From Massalongia carnosa (lineage: Eukaryota), in contig OZ287070.1 in the NCBI GenBank assembly GCA_965645245.1, positions 682,001 through 746,000 of the forward strand: a DNA stretch of 64,000 bases, in the 5' to 3' direction. The first letter of the stretch is position 1. Each line of letters starts with the position of its first letter. A model generated the notes under the pieces. It made no database searches. It had not been told where the DNA came from and saw only the letters and a program-made list of their open reading frames with translations. The translations under genes and the position numbers were made by a program. This document shows positions 1 through 12,300 of this stretch, one piece after another.

Positions 1-1119
1 GGTAGGGTAAATAGATTACCACCCTAACAAAGCGCAAGCCCTAACTCTCATTTTCTCCCTATCTCCCTCCCTCACCATATCTAGGGCTTTTTGCTCTCTT
101 TCCTCCATCGTCGTAGCATGAAACCTTGAGCATTGCGAATATTGTCGAAACGGGCCGTCTTTTGAGGTGGTCTAGGATAGATGGTTGGTTGGATAGGTAC
201 TTGATCTGGTTTGGCCAGGCTTGGGAAAGGTGGTGGGGTAGAAAGAAGGGTGGAATGCTAAGGTCGGCGGTTAGGGTTTTTGTTTTAGCGGGAAGAGGGC
301 GTAACGAGAACAACCCCCTTCATGAGTCCAGAACCTAGAGAACTTCCCTTTCCGGATTGAGGGTCTTGGGAATGAGGAATTTGGTGAGTCTCTCGCCGTT
401 GGAAAAAAGGATTCTTAAAATATTCACGGTGTTGGATTTTCATAAGTATAGAATGAATAGGTAGATAGCGTTGGTCACCGATCGATTCATCCATAGGGTT
501 TGGTATGAAGATTCTAAAAATGAATCCCGGGCGTTTTTTTTCTTTATTTTTTCTTTGGAGCATGAGCAGGGGGGAATGAAATGGAAAGCTTGGGTGGAGA
601 AAGGAGATATCTACTCAAATAGATAAGAATATCAGCTTGAAGCCTTGCTGACGACCTAGGGACATGGGAATGAACAGGGGCAGAAAAGTCGTCTAAAATG
701 AAGGTACAACAATGAAAATCCATTTAAAGCAAACACCTAAAATCTGGTTTTTTGATTGGAAAAATCTACCTACATAGATGGAATGGGAGTGAGTAAAGTA
801 TTACCTGAATTATCCCTCCATGGATCTTGAACTTTTCAGGCTACGTCCTTGATGCAAGAAAGAAACCCACACCGATAACCACTTTGCCCAAGCCCCCCCC
901 CCTTCCTTGCCTTCGAGAATAAAGGGAAAGGAGATGTATGATCATACCACGTGAAGCCTATGAGGAAATCTGGTCTAGGCTATCGTGAGTGAGGAAATAA
1001 CACGCCATGCCAAAATCACATTTCTTTCATCAACCCCCATCCCGTTTCCACCGAAGTAGCCACCATACCCTTGGAGCGTTTCCGAGACCCAAAACTGGCC
1101 TATTTCCAGCAAAGGTGCT

Positions 1120-2086
1120 CTACAGATCTGGATCATCCTCGTCAGGTAGAGGGTACTTTATGGCGTCCTCCATCTCCTTGTTGTATTGCTGCATGGTAGC
1201 CTCGTCCACTTGAACCTCCGGAGGAGCCAGAGCGTAACCAGCGACAAATTCCTGTAGAACAAAATCATTAACATGGGTGGGAGAATTCGTGCAGGGGAAA
1301 CTGACCAGGTTTGGATTGCCAACAAGTTTCCTAGCCAACCACAGGAAAGGTTTTTCGAAATTATAGTTGGATTTGGCGGAAATATCGTAGTATTGCAGGT
1401 TCTTTTTGCGATGAAAAGTAATGCTCTTTGCCTTGACCTTACGCTCCTTTACATCCACTTTGTTGCCGGTAAGGACAATGGGAACTTGCTCGCAAACACG
1501 GATAAGGTCACCTGTAGCTCTAGTTAGCTCGTAACTTATTTCCTCCTTCATTGACGAAGTGGAAGCTCACGATGCCAGTTTGGCACGTTCTTGTAGGTGA
1601 TACGTGAGGTGACATCGAACATGATAATACCGCACTGTCCGTTGATGTAGTAACCATCTCTTAGACCACCAAATTTCTCCTGGCCAGCAGTATCCCACAC
1701 ATCGAATTGAATACCTCCATAGTTCTATGCACCGGTAAGTATCTAAGAGAGGAAACACGAGCCGGAGGACTCACAGTCGTAAAAGCGAGAGGGTGGACCT
1801 CAACGCCAAGGGTTGCGATGTATTTCTTTTCGAACTCTCCTGTCAAGTGACGCTTCACAAATGTGGTCTGAGCAAAGAGATAATTAGCCAAACTGGGAGG
1901 AAATGGAGAATTGCTCCAGGAATGGATGTGGGTTGAGCTTATGGGGGCGCTGCTATAACATCATCCATGGTGGATAGAGATGCTGCTAGAGCCCGTATTG
2001 ATGTCTGTGAAACATCGACTGACCTTTCCCGTACCTCCGTCACCGACAAGCACGAGCTTGAAGGTCGGGAGCGATTTTGTAGCCAT
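1120..2086 (-). CDS. GSP1: Ran small GTPase (multi-exon)
   Basis: Spliced translation [21 protein letters not shown] / [26 protein letters not shown] / [17 protein letters not shown] / NKVD...[16 protein letters not shown], with acidic tail [14 protein letters not shown] introns, first at 1868-2023. Confidence 0.97.
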
Positions 2087-2597
2087 TTTTGACGATTTCC
2101 GACTGTAGCTCTGGCACAAAGAATGACGTGACTGGGATAATAATTAGTAGCTTGACCGGTTGCTCAATCTGTCAGGATAGAAATATTTTTTAGTATGAAT
2201 CTGAAAATTTAGATATATTCACCTGCTGTTGTCAATTACGTAGAAGTATGAATGGTACAGGGTGGTATGAGAGAAGATAGGTGAAAAGTTATTAGGTATA
2301 TAGAATAGAGGTTTGATACCTAAACAACTGAAGTCATAAAGACGCTTGGATTCCACCAATCACTTTTAGTCGCTAAAGGAACTCGCACGAAACCCTTAGT
2401 CATCGATCTGTTCAAGTACCTCCTTCCTTTCCTTTACATCATTATAGCTATCGATGCTACATCATATTGTACATATCATAGCACCAAGGATTACTACTAG
2501 AACTTCTGAAAGCGGATCAGGATCTTTCTGACTTACACTCTCTCAGTGAACTTGGAGTCCATAGCGCGTTACATACTGATCTATATCAATAAAATTC

Positions 2598-3495
2598 TCA
2601 TAAAGGTGATATGTGACATCCCAACAAACCACGGCCACCCCAACCACGCCGTGGAGTTAGCTGTAATTGAAGCTCCTCTGCCTGTGGATTTTCAGATTCT
2701 TCCCGTACCACCTTTACAATAATTATTTGCTGCTCAAGCAACCATTAGCAAACATAGCCATACTATGAGAATAAAACAATGCGCATACTCCCTCATGCCT
2801 TTGAACAATCTCGGCGACTTTGCTAAGCTTCTCATGATTCATCCAGTTCACATTTCCAAATCTTCTAACCTTGTCCCCTATCTTCAACCCCGCATTCTCC
2901 GCAGGGCTTCCAGAAGCAACACCACCGATTCGAGCAAACGATGGTTCAGTGGCAATATGATTTTCAGAACCAGTATTCATACTGGCTGTAATGCTTGACG
3001 TCGAGGTGGAGGCTAGTAAGCTATTGGGATCTTTCATGGCCGCGTGATGTGCATGCAAGCCGACTTCAATCTTGGTCATCAAGGCTTTGTAGTCATTTCG
3101 AAGCCGTATGATCCTAGCTCTTGTAGTACGTACTAGACGTAGTCGGCAATGTCTCCCACACACATGCAAAGGAGCTGAGGTACGCACTCTGGGCGATGTC
3201 GAGGTCATCCCTTGGGAAACCGTCGAAAGTGGTGAGACTTGTATTCATGTTTACTCCATGCTAAAAGGACAGCAGATATCAGAATCATACCAAGCAATTC
3301 GAACAAGAGAGCTTCATTACCCACACTATCGAGAACGCTACTCAAGGCGCTAAGTTCTCCCTCAACTCGTTGTTTCTCCGAGATTAGGTCTATTAAGGAT
3401 AGCTTATCCTGCTTTACAGCATTCCATGAGCCCTGTTCAGTCTTCGGGCCAGAAGGAACAGAGGGTGTATGAATATTTTCCATGTTAAGTCCCAT
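2598..3495 (-). CDS. NAS2: 26S proteasome assembly chaperone Nas2/PSMD9 (PDZ domain)
   Basis: Exons give ...HGVNMNTSLTTFDGFPRDDLDIAQ / RTTRARIIRLRNDYK..., a PDZ segment GSPAENAGLKIGD, and the C-terminus WGGRGLLGCHISPL. Confidence 0.92.
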
Positions 3496-4114
3496 TATTG
3501 ATAAAGTCTATGAGTTTGAAGCTTACTTTCAATGTTCAATGTACAGATAAATATGACAGCACGAGCCCCCATGATTAGTAAGTATAGTTATCCGAATTAA
3601 GGTTTAGAGTATTCAAGCCTCAATAGCAAAAGGGGCCAATGTGACGAACATACATAAGATGATAGGAGAATGGGTACGCCTCAGCATCGAGAACTCTAAG
3701 TTAGGCTCTATCTCTAGTCCCAAGTGGGGGTTTCTGTTTTTACAGCGAATTTCAGCTTGGTTTGTGACGCATGTATGGGTCAGGCATGTTCTCTGCCCAC
3801 TTGTGGACTTTGAAGAAGTAGCAGCCTACTCTTTTCAGTACTTGGAACCTCAATCGTGCTTTCTTCCTGTAGCAAGGGAGAGGTGGTTTTCTCCTAGCTC
3901 ATTCTTCATGTCACGATCTTAGACAGACCAGCTTTAAGCTACTTAGACTCTCTCATGTTGGCCTCAACGTATTACTTTATGCATTTTGAGGTGTATCATT
4001 GTTTTTGGCTATCTTTGGCTTCCTGTATCTGGTCTCTTCCAGGTTGGACTCTTTTACCGATCAAGGTGCTGTTTCGTTCGTCTATGTCGTTAGCGACGAT
4101 CAAACCCTCTCAGA

Positions 4115-7100
4115 ATGTCTGAATACTCAGTCCCCGCCCGTCCCATATCATTTTCTTCTAATGACCAGAGCAATTTCTGGGAAGGCTCTCTAAGCAATCC
4201 TTTCGGCGACCGGTCGAACAATTCATCGGAAACTGTATACCATGCTTGTAAGCGCGATTCATCCTCAGATTCACCAGGTTCCTTGGCGCCCTGTGGCTTT
4301 GGTCCTCTACGGGTAAGGAATGCAAATATGTTATCACGTACCGCATCATTTTCGACCATACACGTTGCCGGCTGCTCAGAGAACGCTCCATTCAAAAGGA
4401 AGTCGTCGAAGCAGGCCCTGCATAAATCAAGTTGGGGCAACGATATCTCAGTCCCTCCTCCCTACACCGGTTCGACCTTACTCCTTGATGAAGGACCTCT
4501 CGAAGACATTGCCCTAGATCTAGGAGAAAATGGGTTTGACGATAACGAGGAATTTAAAAGTGGGCCAAAGCGAAGTCTATCATTTGAAACAAAGGGGTCC
4601 GAAGCTTTGTTCACAAGGCCATTGTCGACCAAATTCAAAATACCCCAACATACTAAAAAACCTTTGATCATTATTACGGATACTACATCACAGATTCCGA
4701 ACCCTTTCAAGAGATGGATGAGCACGCTCCGCCGCCAAAAATCGAGAAATGTGGCATCGCTCACTCCTCGCCATGAGCGCTGGTCTCTAGACGATTTCGA
4801 TGAGGAAGAATCAGTCAAGCTCGCACTTCCCGGGAATAAAAATGCGAGTCAGCATCGAAAAACCTCGTCCTGGTCCTCTTCTGGTTTCGTTACTGCTGTG
4901 AAATCAGCCAGCGTGAGCCTGGGACCACCGAGCGTGCCACCTCAATCTCGAAAAATTAAGAGGTCTACCCTCCTGCGCAGTAGTAACAGAAGCAGCAGAT
5001 GTTCAGATGGCGCGAATCGAGCTTCAATCGACAGTAGCCAAGGGTCTGCGCCAGGGATCGATGAAGCTGCATGGGATCGAGCAATTCAGAGACGAAGGAC
5101 GCTAGAAGAGCTTATCAGCTCAGAAGAAAGCTATATTACAGACCTCAAGCTCTTGCTAAATGTTCATCACTCTCGCATAGATAACCGAAGCTGGAGCTAA
5201 TTGAAGTTGTCTAGGTATACTTTACTCTGATTGCATCAGCATCCAGTGAGTCCCAGCGGAGATCGCCACAGATACAGCGTAATGTTACAGAAATCCTGGC
5301 TCTACATGAAGAGCTTTTGACTCAAATAAGAAATGTTATGCCAGATTCGGAGATTAAATCCGATCTTGAGAGCGCCAGTCGTCCAAGAAATAAACATACT
5401 CGATGGCATAGCCTTGAAACGCCTTTGTCAGTTGATGGCGCAAGTACGATACATTCGGCTCGACGGTCAATCGAAGCTACCTGGTTTGGGCGGCCCAAAT
5501 GGGGGGTTCTCGTTTCGGATCCGCGTGAAGTTGTCGAGGTGGCCAAGGTTTTTGGTCGAATGGTACGAGCATATTATCTCAATATGCTAGGCATTCTTCT
5601 AATAACCTGTGCTACCGCTAGATGGGTCGTTTCTTTGTTTACGAGGAATACGGTGCCAAGTATGAAGCGATGCTACTGGAACTAACCTCAACGTCACGAA
5701 CCATACGAAACTGGCACGTCTATGAGCGCGGCATTGAAGCGCTGGCAAATTCATTGGCTCCTACGAACAGCCGCATGCTCTATAGTAGAAAAGGATTAAC
5801 CTTTGAGGACTTACTGATAAAGGTAATTTAAAAATGTCCCTCGAAAATATGTCATTTAATTATCGTGTCATAGCCTATTCAACGGGTGTGCAAATATCCA
5901 CTCATATTTGAGGAGCTGTACAAGAGTACACCGGTAGTCGACGGGCCAGTGTGCCGTGGAGAAGTTGAGAAAGTCCTTTGTCGACTCCGGGAGACAGCCA
6001 AGATTATTGATAGGGCAACCAATGATCTTGAGACACGGGCACGGATTCAAAGATCTTGGCATCTACAAGACCTCCTAATCCTCCCAGACATAGTGAGTGT
6101 TTAGGTTAAATTCCTGCTCTAGTTTTTCAAATGTAGCCTTTCTAACCTGTTATTATAGGCTACAGCTCCAGCGTCACTTCGACTATTAGGCCACGCCACG
6201 CTATGTGGAGTACTTTATGTTGCATATCAAACCAAGAAAAGTGTTTCTGGCATTTACATGCTCTGCGTGCTATTCAAATCATACCTTCTACTTGCAACGC
6301 CAGCGGCAGGAGGGGCGCGTTATCATGTTGTTGCAGTCATGGGTCTCAGCGACTTACAGATTGATAAGCCTGACAATGGAAGAGGTGAGCAAGAAACCAC
6401 CACTGATCTAACTAGGCCATATCGTTAATATTCAAAGGTTTACAATGTCATACCGCGCCCCACTCGTGGAAATTGAGTTTTGAGTCTAACCAGCAACTAT
6501 ATGAGTTAATTTTATGCGCTTGTTCGGCACGAGAGGAGGAGCAATGGAAGTCAAGCCTTCTAACATATTCTGCCAGGGAGGATCAGACGCGGAGGGAGGA
6601 ATATGCGCTATTGCCCCCGCTTTTTTCAATGCTTTCGCTGGATATTCGATCTTTAGGATATGTCTTTGGCCTTGCTGGGACGCTGACTCGTCGGATCTCG
6701 ATCCAACGTGCGGCTACGATGAGCCCCAGAACAAATAGTTGCCAGGTGATTATCAGGAACACGAATGCTCTCAAAGAGCATATTGATATACCTAATCCAG
6801 CAACAAACTTGATCAGTCGTTCTCAATCGCTGCTCTCTACGAACAACATGGTGATCCTAGCTCCGAAACGAGCAGACCGATACCGAATGGAGAGCGCCCT
6901 TACCAATGTGTGGACACGTGACCTCCTGCCTTATCCTGGTATGAGCCCGAATTTTGGAGAGCATTTAATTCGGACCTCTGCAAACTCGGTGATGCGAAAG
7001 TTGAGTAGAGCTAGTATAACCAGTAGTTTCACCAAACGAGCACCGAGCCATACGAGCCTCCTTGACGACAAAATGGCCCTCAATCAAGTTAATAGCGAGC

Positions 7101-7426
7101 CTATTGCAGAAAAAGAAACTCCTGATAGATCGATGTCATGCTTACATCGTGCTTCAAATGCGTTGCCAACGGTGAAAGATGGGGCCGTTGTGGGGTTACG
7201 TTGCATCGAACCGCCACCAAGAACGAGTTCTGTAAGAGGTACGAAATTTGCTAGAGTGAGGCGGTCGTTGAAAAACCGTCATGGGGTTGGGGTGATGGCG
7301 AAGGCGGTAAGCTGCGAGGAAGTCTCTGCTCTTGCTTCGTTGAAGGAGATTAACAGCAAACGGAGCAACCCTAGGATTCATCTCAAGACTTTCTCGGCAG
7401 ATGGAATCAGAAATTGGTTCAACTAG
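4115..7426 (+). CDS. RhoGEF (Dbl-homology domain) protein, multi-exon
   Basis: DH motifs RRRTLEELISSEESYITDLKLL and LTFEDLLIK/PIQRVCKYPLIFEEL are joined across GT-AG introns, followed by a PH-like region. Start codon uncertain. Confidence 0.85.
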
Positions 7427-8025
7427 TATGGTTTCGCCATTCCTGCTGTTTAATAGCTAGTTAATAAATCAACTTTTTGAGGCACTTCAAAAGCAGCTTG
7501 GGGAAGATAGTAACTTTGACATGTTACCGTGGGTAAAAGTCCTTGGCTTTATGTTCGGATTAGAAAACCAAAGTACGAGCGTAACTTTTTCTTTGGTGCT
7601 GAGCAGATGATTTTGGATATCTTTTGCATTCCAAGCCTCTTAAGTTAAGGGTATAAAATGAATACATACGGAGTAGTATGGATTGAGTGTGAAATGCGGG
7701 GCTTAGTTTACGTTAACGGGCCCAACCCCGCGTGCCCCGAGAGCCTTATAAAGTGGGGGGGGTGTTGAAGGTATGACGCAGCTGATCACGCCCTTGTACT
7801 TGTACATACGATATACAGCTTGCTGTGCTTTACTCTATTCAGTACTCTGTAAACTTCCGCATACTAATATCCCACCCCACCTTCAAGCATTTTGAACAAG
7901 CAGACAGACAAACAAACATCCCATACTTGACGGCTTCAAATACTGTTCTCAATTATTGCCCTCTCTTCCCAATACTAGCAACCTGAACCAATTTACCGTA
8001 ACAGCTCATCAAAATAAAAGACACC

Positions 8026-8710
8026 ATGCCTCGCGGAAACGGCGTTCAGAGCAAAGTCCACTATGCTGGCAAGGAGGAGGATTTTGTTATCTTTGTCGAC
8101 GACGCCCAGTCAGTGCAAAAATGGAAAGATGACCGCTCGATTCCGCTTGCACAAGTAGTGAGCGGGTTCAAGATATTTGTAACTCATAAGTAGGTGTACT
8201 CATACCCGCTCCTTGCTTCACCGCCCCAGCTTTTTTTAAATGCTTTGCCTCTTCTTCTTTTGATTTTACTTCATTGGACATCCGATGGATTTAATATTTT
8301 GCACGGATATCCAAAGCCAGAGGGGAGGACAACGCCCCCCGTAATTCGCTAACTTAAGACCAAATTCAGGCACGGAGCCCAGAACGCGCATGATGCGGCG
8401 AGTAAAGCAACACTGGACAACGAGTTCGGCACGCACAATGAGGACGAATGCATGATTAAGATTCTTGAAGGAGGTATTTTGCAGGAAACTGAGGTATATT
8501 GCTTAGCTTCCTTCCTTCCATTTACTCCTAGCCCTGATTTTCTATATATTCTGGGTTCGTTATAGTTTTGTTTACTGAGCACATCGTTTTTCATTTTTGC
8601 TCATAAACATAATAAGTACAAAAAAGCTAACTCGAAGGGTGTGTCTTGACTAGAATTCCGAACGTCAGGGTCCGAAGAACGATAGCAATGGCCCCCGTAT
8701 TGCTCATTAG
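8026..8710 (+). CDS. RTC3: SBDS-family (Rtc3/YHR087W-like) small protein, 3 exons
   Basis: Absent from the ORF track. Manual splice gives MPRGNGVQSKVHYAGKEEDFVIFVDD...LAQVVSGFKIFVTHK / HGAQ...ASKATLDNEFGTHNEDECMIKILEGG / NSERQGPKNDS... Confidence 0.85.
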
Positions 8711-9036
8711 GTTGAGTTGGATTGCAAAGGACGGGATACATGTAGATGGATGAATGAGATTTAAGGCCTAGCTTTCCCACTCTTACGTGGAAAGCTAGCG
8801 TAGTGATGAGATATAGGACAATGACTAGCTAGGCATAGCTGTAAGTCCAAGGGGGTAGAACGCATAGACAAATTGAACCCTTTCTTTCGAGACTCCCGCC
8901 AGGGTTCCATCTTTGACGAGCACCTTCAAGAAATACGTGATGAAAGAAGATGAAAAGGGCTAGTGACAAGGGCTCGATCACTATAACATTCCCTCCGAGT
9001 CTAGCTTTTTCCTCTGCAATAGTTAAGGGTATGTAA

Positions 9037-9222
9037 TGTGAACCTAAGTGATGATCTTAGGTGGTGGCTCAGGGGCCTGAGGGATAGCATGGCCTTATTA
9101 GGCCTAGTGTGGGCTAGCTCGCCGCACATAATGTAATATTAGCTACTGAGATAGAGCTTTCCTTCTAGACATTCATATTATCAAGAGTTCACCTCTATTC
9201 ACAAACCTCACTAGGTTCAACA
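9037..9222 (+). repeat. 5' LTR
   Basis: TGTGAACC...GGTTCAACA. Matches 14238-14423 except one base (9203 A vs 14404 G). Confidence 0.97.
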
Positions 9223-9233
9223 GTTATGAGCCC
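9223..9233 (+). promoter_or_regulatory. Primer-binding site complementary to the tRNA-iMet anticodon arm
   Basis: GTTATGAGCCC lies directly after the 5' LTR. Its reverse complement GGGCTCATAAC matches the initiator-tRNA anticodon stem-loop. Confidence 0.8.
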
Positions 9234-9382
9234 GGATTGATCTGCAATCAATTCATCTTTCTATTAAATTCTGGAGATGCCATTAGCCACGTTTAACATT
9301 GCCACGATTAGTCCTAAGGTTAGGACTTGGCCTGAGTTTTAAACAGCGAAAACCTCCATTTTTAACAGCCATTATTTTAGCA

Positions 9383-12300
9383 ATGGCTGCTTCTTTTGAC
9401 AACAAGCATAGGCTCATCCTTAACGACCCCAAGGATTGGGTTGGGTGGCTTTCTTACATCAGGAAATCCGTCAACGGCGAGACCTGGAAGCTGGTTGACC
9501 CAGATTTGCCAGAAAGACCGGCAAGGCTTCAAATGCCAGCTCTTCCAGCAAAAGCCACCGTTAATGCGGAAACTGGGCGGATAAGCAGTGCTGATTTAGA
9601 AGTATGGAAGATGAACAAATTATATTACGACGAGGAAAAGCATTTGTATGAAAAGCAGGACAAAGCATTGACCAGGGTGCATACCCTTATTCTCGAGTCA
9701 GTTTCAGCACGGATGGTGAATCATACGGCCTATACGGAACAGGACCCATACGACACCCTCATAGCTCTGAAACAACGGCTTAAACCTTCTAGCGCAAGCC
9801 TTTCTCTCGAAGTGGAAAGGAAGTTCCATCGTCTGGCCAAAGGACCTGGAAATCAGAACATAGAAGCTTGGCTAGATGAGTGGATAGATATGTATCATGA
9901 GGCCAAAAGGCGAAAGATTTTCGAGATCACTGGCGAAAGGGCCATCCGCGATTTTTTGCTAGCTGTCAAGACCTTCAACCCTTATTATGCTAGCAATCGA
10001 CGGGGATTTCGTAAGAACATCGAGATACAGAACCAAGGCATGGCCGAGAACCCAATTCTAGGCCTAGGCCGTCAACAACAACAATTCACCATGGAACAGG
10101 AGATAGAGAGCCTGCGAGAGGATTATCGCGAAAATCAGACCTTAGCATTAAGAAACCCGGCCGCCCTAGCAACTCAGGCAAAACCTACGCTCAAAGGCAG
10201 AGATCAGGAAGGGAAGGACAAGGATAATAAATGCAGGGAAGGGAGGGGGCCCATGTGCCTCTGTGGTGATAAGATGTTTTATTCCAATTGTCCCTACCTC
10301 GTTCCTAGCAAAGCACCACTAGGATGGAAGGAAGACCCAGAGAAAAGGAAAAAGGTCGATGAGGCATTAAAAAATAAAGAAACGAAAGAAAGGGTCGAGG
10401 GCTTTCTGAAACGTCAGGCCGAAAAGTCAAAGGCATCTTCATCGTCTGAAACAGCCAACACTCCTACAATTGCATTAAGGACTGAAGGTGGTGGTGCATT
10501 CGTCACGACTGATAATTCTGCATTTGCAACAGACATTTCTGGCATGGAGACTCTGCTAATTCATGACGCGGCCTCATCAGTGCACATTTGCAATAGGTGG
10601 TCGGCCCACCTCTATAAGAAAATCAGGGACTCACATAGCGATGAGTATCTGCAATCAGGAACTGACAAGGTCAGAATCGAAAGCTGGGGGGTGATGCACA
10701 CCGCCTTTGAGACACCTAATGGACTCTATGGAGCATCTCTTCAAAACGTGGCCTATGCAGCAAATTTTATGACGAGTATTGTTTCAGGTGCTCTTTTAGA
10801 AAGCAAGAACGTAAGCCTAAATTCCAGAGGACCTCATTTGTTCACCGGCGACGACCCTACTAAAGTCGGATTTTGCCTCCATCGCCATGGATCATACCTT
10901 ACTTTCTCGGCCACAGGACTCCCACATCCATTTCCAGAGGGGGTTGCGAAAATTGAGCCGGAACCTGAATCAACAGCAACCAATCCTTCGGCCTACGCGA
11001 CTGAGGCTATACGGAGCAAGGCTGCAGAGGAATGGCATAGGATAATGGGTCACCCATCTGGTGAAACAATCAGCCACTTGGAGAAATCAACAGAGGGAAT
11101 AAAAGTCCTGGAGTCGGAAGTCCCTAAAACAAATCAATGCGAGACGTGTGCGTTGACCAAAAGTCAACGAATAATCTCTCGATCCACCAACAAATCAGAA
11201 GATAAAACGGAGCCTTTTCATCGTATATCTATAGACCTGATGCTTTTCGAGACGTCATTAAATGGGCACGAATGGGCGACCCACATAGCCTGTATGGCTA
11301 CTGACTTCAACATTTTAGAGACTCATCGCAGCAAGTCTGACTGCAGAGAGTTCATTTTGAATACGATCGCTATGATAAAACGGAGGTTTAAACGCGACGT
11401 CGTGTTCATACGTTCTGACAACGAGGGTTCTTTTAACACCGCTTTCAGAGATGAAATCAAAGGCCTAGGAATCACCTTGGAACCTAGTAGTCCTGATACG
11501 CCTGAACAGAACGGGCATGCGGAACGCAAAGGCAAGATGTTGGCTATAAAGGCAAGGGCATTGCGGATAGAGGCCGAGTTGCCTCACTACCTGTGGGTTG
11601 AGGCTATTCACACTGCTTGCTATTTAGCAAATCGCACACCTATGGCGAAACATAACTGGAAGACGCCTTACGAACTAGTCACCGGCCAAAAGCCTAATTT
11701 ATCACATTTGAAGGTCTACGGATGTAAGGCCTACGCGTTGAAACATCACATACCAAGGAAGCAAAAACTGGAACCTAGGGCCCATATAGGATATTTGGTA
11801 GGCTATGATTCAACAAACATCTTCAGAATTTGGATACCATCAAGGCGCAAAATCATACGATCAAGGGACGTCCTTTTCGATGAGGACGAGGTCCATAGCC
11901 TTGTTGACCCACCAGACCTGTTGCATTTCCTCTCTACCACCGGAGATAATGCACCCTACATCATTACTGATCGCATGCGAAATGCACTAGCTGAGTTAGA
12001 TGCTGAGGACGAAAAACATCGTAGCACCTTTGACGAATTATTTGCAAATTCACCTGCTATCGCGGAAAAGCCTGTTATAACGGAAAAGCCCGGTATAGGA
12101 CTTGATGGGCCATCTAGAAAGAGGCCTCATGACACAGCACCAAACATCCTTCCTACACCTACACCGTCCCTTAGTCCCTCACCAAGCACACTGGGGGGTG
12201 ATGGTGATGATGCTACAGGTCTCCCACCGATAATGAGGCGTGCACGTGCTATGAGGCCATTGAGGTCAAGGGACATAGCACCACAGGCTCAAACGATTTC

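Noticed and set aside
1..700. Telomere-like CCCTAA/TTAGGG words and short ORFs at the window start
   Set aside because: The hexamers are isolated rather than tandem, and the ORFs resemble nothing I recognise.
1868..2023. Possible intronic snoRNA in the long Ran intron (and in the RTC3 introns)
   Set aside because: No properly spaced C/D or H/ACA boxes with a terminal stem were visible.
9299..9382. ORF-track start of the Gag-Pol at 9299
   Set aside because: It is a TTG. The first ATG is at 9383.
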